Shown here: one piece after another, positions 53,877 to 64,000 of the stretch
Position numbering within the stretch: position 1 is the stretch's first letter
Layout: every line of letters starts with the position of its first letter
DNA from: the human T2T-CHM13v2.0 reference genome, Homo sapiens
Strand: one strand, 5' to 3'
Assembly (NCBI RefSeq): GCF_009914755.1
Contig: NC_060935.1
Length of the DNA stretch: 64,000 nucleotides
Position numbers and translations under genes: made by a program
The notes under the pieces: generated by a model
What the model saw: the letters and a program-made list of their open reading frames with translations, nothing else
Databases searched by the model: none
What the model was told of the DNA's origin: nothing

Positions 53877-54133
53877 AATTCCATTGTATAATACCACCAT
53901 ATAACTAGGTTCTATAAGTCCACACACACACCTAGGGAGGTAGTCTTATTTACCTCTTTCAACTTTTATGTTCTGACTAATACGTATTAGAGTCAATATT
54001 GGTATGTTGATTCCATATGACTTGTTGATTAGGGATCAGATGAGAAGATTATTCTAATACTGAAATACTCCTTTTTCACCTATGACTTAATCACCTAACT
54101 AAAGTTTACTGTGTTCTTTGGGAATCCAAAGTG
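53877..54133 (+). repeat. Direct repeat copy 1 (257 bp)
   Basis: About 95% identical to 55052-55309. Confidence 0.97.
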
Positions 54134-54319
54134 GGTGGTGGGAAAATGGAATTGTCCCTGGCATCTTTCCCAAACTACACATACCCACCCATCCATAGAT
54201 GCTGATGGGCCCTTAAGGGAAACCTCCCACCTTCCCACCCCTCCAGAGGCACAGTGCTGCTGACAGACACAAATTATCAGGTGCACTGAGTGAGGAAAAA
54301 ATGTTAGAACCATCAGCAA

Positions 54320-54545
54320 AATAGGAAAAACCACTGGACTACAGTCTGATGGAACTGGAATTGAATTTGGGTTCTCACCCATACTAGCTCTTTGTTTCAG
54401 ACAGTTACTTAACCTCTCTGCTCCATTTCCTCATCTTCAAGGAAAGGGGGGACAATAAGAGCTAATTCCCAAGTTTAAACATTAAATAAGATGATTTATG
54501 TGATAAAGATATTAAATGTTTGTAAAATTTGAATAATATTGTGCC
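54320..54545 (+). mobile_element. MIR
   Basis: 'agttacttaacctctctgctccatttcctcatct', 'attaaataagatgatttatgtga'. Confidence 0.8.
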
Positions 54546-55051
54546 ATTCATAACTATCTATGTTATTTTAGCAAACAAATATGTCAGATTCCACCCACTG
54601 TTTTTATTTTATTTCCCCTTATTTTCATTTATATCACCTTCCACTGGTTTGTACTAAAAGGATTTCCTGGACTGTATGTTTTTAATGTTTGTAGAAAGAA
54701 AGCTCTCAAAGGAAAGACTCTTTCCTCTATATCCAATGGAATCATTGGCACAAAATTTAGGAAGTTAAGAAGAAATAACATTCTTACAGTTATTTGATTC
54801 AACATGGAAATTTCTTTTAGGATGAACTTTTTGCTGATGTCATTGGCTCGGAGTAAAACTGCCAAATATAAAGATATGATTCCAGCATTAATAGAGCAAA
54901 ACTGTGAAACTGTACCAACCAACCTGAATTGTATTCTCATTAGTGCTGTCAATTAATGAAGTTAGACAAACGATTTTCCCACATTACAATGTAGTCTACT
55001 CAAAAGCCTAAGGAATGCCACCTGCCCATCAAAAATGAATAAATGTGACGT

Positions 55052-55309
55052 AATTCCATTGTATAATACCACCATATAACTAGGTTCTGTAAGTCCACAT
55101 ACACACCTAGGGAGGTAGTCTTATTTACCTCTTTCAACTTTATATTCTGACTAATATGTATTAGAGTCAATATTGGTATGTTGATTCCATATGGCTTGTT
55201 GATTGGGGAATCAGATGAGAAGATTATTCTAATACTGAAATACTCCTTTTTCACCTAATGGTTTAATCACCTAATTAAAGTTTACTGTGTTCTTTGGGAA
55301 TCCAAAGTG
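55052..55309 (+). repeat. Direct repeat copy 2 (258 bp)
   Basis: About 95% identical to 53877-54133. Confidence 0.97.
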
Positions 55310-55929
55310 ACCATTGGTGAACCTGACAAAAAAAATTCATCTTCTTAGAATTTTGTGATGTAATTAATATTTATTTTGGAACCCTCAGCACCCCAGAGAA
55401 GAGTTAGGTATAGAAAGAAACTCTAAAGAGCATATAAGTGCCCCAGAAGATTTTCCCCTTCCTCCCTGTCACATACCTCTTTGCCTCAACCCACTTAAAT
55501 TCTGAGAAAAAAATCAATACAGTTAAATGAATGTAAGTATGGGTTTATCATTGTCTCTTTAAGTAGAATTATGTCCACGTTTTACAAGTTCCATTTCTTT
55601 AGGTGTCAAAAACTAGTTTTATTTAGCTGAGGTTGAGAATATTGGGCAGAGTCAAGGTGAGCATCTAGTGAAAAGCTTTGGAAACACTCCAGGTATAAAG
55701 CTGAAGACATTAATCACCAGAATAACAAATGAAATTGAACTGTTCTAGAATTGGGCTCCTTCACCTCATTTTCCACTTCTTCTTCCAGTGTGGTCATCAG
55801 GATTCAATCCTGGTCCTATGCTGTCCATAAGATAATACCAAAGGGAGCAGACACTCAACATTTACTTCTTTTTATCTCGACTCTAATCAAGAAAATATGA
55901 CAATATTTCTGATATCTCTTCTCAAAAAA

Positions 55930-56224
55930 CTTTTTTTTTACTCTAAGTTCTGGGATACATGTGCAGAATGTGCAGGTTTGTTACATAGGTATACATGTGC
56001 CATGGTGGTTTGCTGCACCTGTCAACGCATCATCTAGGTTTTAAGCCCCGTATGCATTAGGTATTTGTTCTAATGCTCTCCGTTCCCTTGCCCACTACTG
56101 CCTGACAGCCCCAGTGTGTGATGTTCCCCTCTCAGTGTCCATGTGTTCTCGTTTTTCAACTCTCACTTATGAGTGAGAAGATGCAGTGTTTGGTTTTCTG
56201 TTCCTGCGCTAGTTTGCTGAGAAT
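55930..56224 (-). mobile_element. Short L1PA (L1PA8-like) 3' end
   Basis: 'taagttctgggatacatgtgcagaatgtgcaggtttgttacatagg', 'ggttttaagccccgtatgcattagg'. Confidence 0.93.
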
Positions 56225-56689
56225 ACCTGAAAGCTTTGAAAAATCAGATTATCATTAAGAAATAATTCTTAAACTCAAAAATTTTGCCCAAAGAACTTCC
56301 TTCTCTGGAGACCTGAAAGAACAAATTAAATACTCATCATAAATATCCAAGTGCAAAACTACCAGTTTTGCATTTATAAAACTACCAGTTTGCACATGAG
56401 GAAACTAAGATTCAGGAAGTGTAAATGATTTACCCCGGCATGAAGCTAGTTAATAGAAGAGCAGGTTGCTCCTTACTCTTACTATCTTACTTTTTTGTTA
56501 ATCATTTATACACAAATCCTGAGTACCTACCATATCCATGGCACTAAGGGCTGTGAAGGGAACAAATCCAAAACATTCATGGTTCCTCCTCCCAATATTA
56601 TTATTAGATACTTTAAACATTACAATAATGATAACCACTATACATCAAATACTCATTACGGGGGAGAAACTGGGTCAATATCATGGTCG

Positions 56690-56860
56690 CAGACATTATT
56701 CTCTTGATATGAGTGTTAGTTTCTTCAGTTTACAGATGAAGAAAAGGAAACTGGTATGCAAAATGTCATATAATTGTCTCAAATCACACAGTTCATCAGA
56801 AGCAGAGGTCAAATTTGAACTTACATTTGCCTGATTCCAAGACCTTTGCTCTTAACTGTA
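56690..56860 (-). mobile_element. MIR
   Basis: 'cagtttacagatgaagaaa...aatcacacag...gcagaggtcaaatttgaac...ctgattccaag'. Confidence 0.7.
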
Positions 56861-58292
56861 TCATAAGCTGATGTAGTTCTACAACTGAAACTTAACATTT
56901 ACCTCCAGAGACAATGGAAGATACTTTAGCTAAAAGTAAAAGAAATTTTCAAAAATAAGGTTTATTAACGCTAGAATAATTTAACATAGGGAGCCTGTAG
57001 AACTTCATCACTGTAGGTGAGTTGAAAATGAGAGGATACTAAATTAGAGGTTTTATTTAAGAGTGGGTCTACCTAATTGCCTAGTAGGAAGTGAAAACAA
57101 ATGATATTTCAAGCTTTCTTTTACCCTATGACTTTAAGGAAAAACAATAACAACCATAAAACACCACCACCTACGACAACAGTCTTCTGTGTTTTCCCAT
57201 GCATTCAAATGAGCTAAAAAGTGATAAATGCATTGCAAGTAAAATAGCTATGCAGCACTCTTGGGAAATGTGGTTCCACGGAGATGCCACAGAGACTTTC
57301 ATTGTAAAGCCTGGTACTGAAGTTTGGACAAAGGTGTGTTTGTGTGCAGTGACTAAGCTTGTGTGGGAGGGAGGCAACCACTGCAGATGGCTGAAAAATA
57401 TGCTAATGTTGAAAGACCCATGTGATGGCTGGCATCCTGAAAGAGACACAGATGTTTCCTCCCAAGAAGAATTTTAGAACAAGTGGCTTGCTGACCTATT
57501 CAGGCTTGATTCCTTAACTGCATCTCAGGGTCATACACACGTCAGAACCACTGAGACAATTGTCCTCCTCACTTTGTACCCCAGGAAAGAGATAGAGCAG
57601 CTAATTAATCACAAGGCCTTTGCTGATAATACCTTTCATTTGAAATTTTTGTTGTTTTTGTTTTTAAGATGTTTTCATGTTCTCTGAGACTTGCTTTCAG
57701 AATGCTGCCTCTGTTCACATGCTGGGTCTCCTACAGTGCTCACATTGCTCCACTCTCTGTACGTTTTGTTTTTTTTCCCCATAAAAACCATCCCTCTTAT
57801 ATTCACTTTTTAAGTCTTTCTTTTCCCCACTAAACTATATGCTCATTTCATGGCAGGGAGCATGACTAACTTGTTAACCACAAAATCCCAAGAGCCCAAC
57901 ATAATGCAAGATACATAGAAGTCTCTCAAAAACATCTTTTCTCAGCACTCCTGAGAATACCTACAAGACATTCTCAGATATACTAGAGAGGCAGAGCGTA
58001 GATGGTCTTGTATTAGTCTACTTAAACAAGATTGTTCATTCCTTCATTTATTCAACAAAACTTCGGGGGTTTATATCATGTGTCAGGCACTGCTCTAAAT
58101 GACCAGGATGCTGCAATAAAAAGAACAACAAAAAAAATTCCCATCCTTATGGGTTTAGGGTGTTAACATCAATATATTTTTAAAAGAAATTGAAAAAAAC
58201 CCAGGTACTTCGACTACAAAAATCATTTTGTTTGCAGATTACCTAACACTGCTAACTCAAGTTCCTGGGTCTATAGAAGAAAAATAAAATTA

Positions 58293-58631
<339 letters not shown>

Positions 58632-60306
58632 TTAATTAAAATTCAAAGACATTGCTAAGGATCTCACTAGTTTTCTTCTATCTTAATCAGGTAGGGATTG
58701 TCCCCATAAACAAGAAGAGTTCTAACCTGCAAAGCACAACTTAAAGAAATATAAATCTGCTGTAATGGATATGAAAGCTAACTGTGTACCACTCCATCCC
58801 CACCTTTCTGCTTCTGGCATTATAAGCTCTCCAATAGCTTTAGCATAAATTCACATGTCCTATTGTTTCTTGCCACCTCTCAGGGTTCTGAAGGAATAGG
58901 CACCAGGTTCTGATAAGAACAGAAACATCTGGAGTGTGGGAGTGTTCATCTAAAGAAAAAAAGTGAAAATAGCATGCATTGAACTGTTTGGTGTGCTAAG
59001 TAATGATTAGGGTTTTCACATACATTGTCTCATTTAATCTTTGCAATAAACAAACAACAAAGTACATCATATGCCCCCCTTTTATTTTCTACCAAAGAAG
59101 GAAATAGGGTAAGAGGTAGAGACGTACCTTTATGGATCTATAGAGAGATTTATGGCTTTTGTAATGGTCAGAGCACCTAAATCACTAATTAACTTCCTAG
59201 CAAATTTATAGGCTGACATAACAAGTGAATAAATGGTTTCACTAGATACTGAGGAATTTTATTGTTCATAACTTTGTGCCAAAAAAAAGAAATGGGAAAC
59301 CATTAGATCAGAGAGAGTGGCCATCTACCTTCTATTCACCCAGGGAAGATTTTGTAGAAAAAATGGGAACTGGCTACAGTTGATACTATATAAAGAAATA
59401 CTGACTTTTAAATTTCTTCACTCTCTTTCTTAACAGATTCTCTTTTTTTTTTTCTGTCCTTAAGGTCTCAAAGTTTTCTCCAGCTGAAAATACAGCTGCC
59501 TCATAGAAACACTGCATAAGAAAATTAATAACAATAAACCCCAGAGGAATCAGGGAAGTGGTGATAAGGCTGCTTTATGCTTTCCTTTTACCCAACTGAG
59601 AACTTCCTTTAGGCCTCACTTGCTGAATGCTAAGAGGCCAGGGAGGAGCACTAGGGAACATAGGAGAGAGACAGGATGGCGGGAAGCAGCGAACAGATAT
59701 GGGAGCAAAGGGAATTTTAAAAAGAGGAAAGGTCTCTGGCCAGGGCTGGCCCAAGGAAAAAATTGAAGGTCAGCAGACGGGTTTTAACACAACCCTCTCC
59801 ATCTCCCTGTCTATTACCTACAGTGTTTTCATCACCCTCAGCGCCTAGCCTCAGCTGCTCTAATTTCCCAGTTGCTCTAATTCCCATCCTCCCATCCACC
59901 TGAAACAACAAATGTTCCAGACCAAGAGTTAGTTTTGTGTTTACAGTAGAGCCTCATTTTGCACAAATGTAAGTCATGTTCTGATTTTAGAACCTAGTCT
60001 TGCCACTAGTTTTCTTTATCCTCAACCACAAACAAATCTATTAGCATGTATTAAGGCTATGGAAAAAAACAGACTGGACTATAACCAGCAGGCAAGCTTG
60101 AGAATGGACACTGCTCCCCATTCTCTTCCAGACAATTAATAGTTACTACAAAGGCAGAATGCTGTAAAGGGCCAGACACCAGCATATACACATTCTTTTT
60201 TCTTTGGTCTAGATCAATGGTAATCAAGTTTCAATATGCTTAATAATTACTGAATAGTAAATATCACAAAATCATTTACACTATAAATCATAGGTGATTT
60301 AAGGGC

Positions 60307-60474
60307 TTTTTTTTTTTTTTTTTTTCTGAGACAGGGTCTTACTCTGTCACCCAGGCTGGAGTGCAGTGGGCAATCTCGCCTCACTGCAACCTCCACCTCC
60401 TGGACTCTAGTAATTCTCGTGCCTCAGCCTCCCAAGTAGCTGGGATTACAGGCATGCACAACCAAGCCCTGCTA
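60307..60474 (-). mobile_element. Alu right monomer (truncated AluJ or FRAM) with TSD
   Basis: T tail and right arm only; TSD GTGATTTAAGGG at 60294-60305 and 60475-60486. Confidence 0.95.
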
Positions 60475-60839
60475 GTGATTTAAGGGTTTTTAAGTAAAAT
60501 TTTGTCTCTGCAAAATTTTCATCTAGTTTTGACTTTTAAACATGCCCAGCTGAAAAAGGTCATCTCTACTATAATACATTTTTCTGGAGAGAAAATTATA
60601 GCATTTGAAATACTCTCTAAGGAGCCTATAACCACCAAAGATAAGAACAACTCCTCTTCCCATAACAAATCTCATCTGTCTCATGTCTTACTCTCTCAGG
60701 AATATCCTATTCCTCTGCTAAACTACTGCAGCTCAACCAGTGAATTAATCGGAGTTAAATTTTTCATGTTTCCTATACTTAAACAGCACCTATACTTTAC
60801 ATAAGACCTTAGTGCCTAAACCAAGGGATAAGGAACTGC

Positions 60840-60849
60840 GGGAAATTCC
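60840..60849 (+). promoter_or_regulatory. NF-kB consensus site in an ETS-motif cluster
   Basis: GGGAAATTCC fits GGGRNWYYCC; CCGGAAG at 60867 and AGGAAGT at 60889. Confidence 0.4.
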
Positions 60850-61327
60850 AAGCACTTTGGCAGAATCCGGAAGGGAAATACTTGAGTTAGGAAGTCAAAC
60901 GCGTTTTTTAAAACCTCTTTAACCATGCCTTGTAGGTAAGGGCTTCCTCATCCTCCAGGAGTTTTGTTCTTGGCACACGCTGCCGACCTTACTGACAGCT
61001 CTCATGCCACAGCTGGTAAGTGACAGTAACAGTGGAATATTTGCCTGACTCTGAGGGATCTTTAGGGGAATGAAGTAGAAAGGGGAGCTGAAGAGAAGAT
61101 ACCCGAGAACACTGAAGAAGAGATACATCTTTGGAGAAGACACTCTTGGGACTGCTACCACCCCAGTTCCCCATTTGTTGAAAGGCAATAGAACAAAATC
61201 AGAAAATATTGTAGCTAAACTTCTGAGATCTATCTCATGTACACAGACAAGTACACAGAAATAACAGATGCCAACGTGATCCAGCAGGTCTAGCATACTT
61301 TGCCATTAGAAAGTATTGCCCAGTGCC

Positions 61328-61679
<352 letters not shown>

Positions 61680-63074
61680 AAAGTGTTGCCCTTAAGAGGG
61701 GCTGGGGCCCAGAGCCACCTTTGGATTGGCCAAAGTTCCTGCCCAGAATTGTCTGGGCAGGAAAAAAAATGATAATGGGAGTACCCATTTCAACTGCCAC
61801 AACAGGAAACCACAAATGTCTACTCTATCAGTCTAGAGAATCCACCAATTCTGTGCCTTTGCGGAACATTTGTAGGTCATACCTAGAGCTTTGATTGTAG
61901 CTGAAAATTTATATGAAAAAGATGGCTAGAGATAATAAACATCTTTGCACTCAAAACGTTGCATCTGAACTTTAGGAACTAGCAAGAAGAAATACAGAGC
62001 ATTCTATATAATTAGATGAAAACCCATGAAGAAAGTAATCTATCTGCACAGTGAGTCTGGGACATAAATAATGTGAGGTACAGCAGAGTAGACAAGTCAA
62101 GCCCTGCATAAAGAATCAAAATAGAAATATTTCCCTTGGTCACCTCTGGCAGAGGATTTTACCAGTTCCTTGGGATGGAGGAATCAAAATAGATACAAGA
62201 ATATAGGATTTTAAGTTTGTTACATATTATTGTTATCTTACTCATGCTAACTGTATAGTAAAGTTCATACAATTTTCATTTCATAATATAGATTTGCTAA
62301 CCATTCATTAATTCTTTTATTTTCTTACTGAAAATCAAAGTTAAAGAATTCCTCCAGGTATATAAAAAGATTTCTGGACTGAGATGAAACTTCACTAAAT
62401 GTTGCAGTCAAGATTCTGGTATCTAGACAAAAAGGATAGCTAAGCAGCAGATGTTCTTATCCTAGCTCTGTGTTTTACAAACAGCAAATGTAATAAATAA
62501 AAAGATATATTTTCTCTTCCAGTGATCCATAGATTTGCTGTAATCATTGTAGGCATTTAAAGATGTAATCTTGTAATCTCATGGTCAGGAAGTAGGGTTG
62601 CTTTTAGTACAAAGCTACCAGAGCTGGACATAGAATGACTTCCACCCCAGCCTTATAAACATGGCCCTGTATCACCTGAGCTCATGAGTCCCACAGTGCC
62701 TGGACCCCCAATGATCTGCTCATCCCCACAGTACCTGCCTTTGGTTCTGAAGCCTCATAACCTTTTTAAAAACACCTCTTGTCAATGTAAGTTTTTCAAA
62801 CTCTACCCAATAAAGTTTGCTCTATTATTGTAAAATAACAATGGTAAGAAAAAGGAACAATTGTCACACTGATGGACTCCGTGTGATTTCTTGTTCTACC
62901 AAACTCTATTGGAACTTTGTGAAATTACTGCTCTTCTCTGGTCCTCAGTTTACTGACTTGTAAAACAAGAGTTTAGAGTCCAAAAGATGATCTTTAAGTT
63001 GTGCATTTCCAAGGGAATACGAGTGAATCATACCCTTGTCTGTGAAAAATTCATCCATTTAACAACAGGGACAT

Positions 63075-64000
63075 GTACAACTACCACCTGTTAGAATGGC
63101 TAAAATCTAAAAACTCTGTTGATACTAACTGCTATCAAGTATTCAGAGCAGCAGAAATTCTCATTCATTGCTGGTGGGAATGAAAAATGGTATAGCCACT
63201 TTTAAAGACAGTTCGGCAGTTTCTTATGTAACTAATACAGTCTTAAAAGCTATCATGCTCCTAAGTATTTGCCCAACTGATTTGAAAACATATGTCCACA
63301 CAAAAACCTGCACACGAATGTTTATATCAATTCAATTAATATTAACAGTTGCCAAAGACTGGAAGTAATCAAGATGCCCTTCAATAAATGAATGGATAAC
63401 AAACCTTGCTATATCCGTGCAATGGAATACTATTCAGTGATAAAGGGAATGAGTTATCAAGCCACAAAAACATTCATGACTCCTAAGTGCATATTGCTAA
63501 GTAAAAACAGCAAGTCTAAAAATGGTATGCAATGTATAATCCCAGGTATATAACATTCTGGAAAAGGTAAAACTATGGAGATGGTAAATAGTTCAGTGGA
63601 TGCCGTATATTCCAGAAGATAGGTGAGTAGGGCTGAACAGGTGAAGTGTGTTGGATTTTTGGGGGGATGAAACTATCTGTATGATACTGTAATGATGTGT
63701 ACATGACACCATGCATTCCTCAAACCTTACAGAATATTACAGCTTAAAGTGTCACTGTAAGTTATGCAAATGTTTTAAAAATCATTTAGGAAGTCAGAGG
63801 ATCCCAGAATTGAATACAGGTTTAACAAAGGTCTCTAATATTTTAAATACACTAAATAACCTCACTAAATGGGGTTGGGGATTAGGTGTCGACTCAAATA
63901 ACTTTGGAAATGAGTATAGTCTGTAAGTCCAAAGACGAAAGGGACTCTGTATACTCTAGTTGACAAAGTTTTTTCCCTCAAGAGTGTGGGTCAATAATTC
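63075..64000 (+). mobile_element. L1MC (L1MC3-like) 3' region, running off the window end
   Basis: ORF2 C-terminal remnant 'KTYVHTKTCTRMFI' (63168-63368); L1MC 3' UTR ('ataacattctggaaaaggtaaaactatggaga', 'aataactttggaaatgagt'). Confidence 0.88.

Noticed and set aside
60919-61296. 125-aa minus-strand ORF
   Set aside because: No recognisable domain and no convincing pair of splice sites; not supportable as CDS.

Overview
Primate (probably human) nuclear DNA. It is AT-rich, CpG-depleted and dense in interspersed repeats: Alu (J, S and Y types), L1 (L1PA/PB, L1MA/MB/MC), L2, MIR, MaLR/ERVL LTRs (MLT1, MLT2, LTR33, MER21, a MER76-like LTR) and hAT DNA-transposon relics (MER63, MER103, MER20B-like). 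I recognise no protein-coding gene. The ORF track is mostly chance ORFs or translations of L1/Alu sequence, so the window looks intergenic or deep intronic, possibly hosting a lncRNA. Several unvalidated exon-like segments have good splice signals; one is a 255-nt in-frame minus-strand segment encoding a transmembrane-like helix. There is a strong CTCF motif in a promoter-like patch at about 47.1 kb. The clearest structural oddities are retrotransposition and repair fossils: a tailless U6 fragment and an AluY inserted one after the other at the same target site, two twin-priming-type L1 inversions, an internally inverted Alu, a trimeric AluS/AluY chimera, a 257-bp non-tandem duplication and a 36-40 bp near-perfect hairpin. 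Repeat families were called by eye from remembered consensus sequences. Subfamily names and the boundaries of old repeats are approximate. I found no convincing evidence of a novel biological system.
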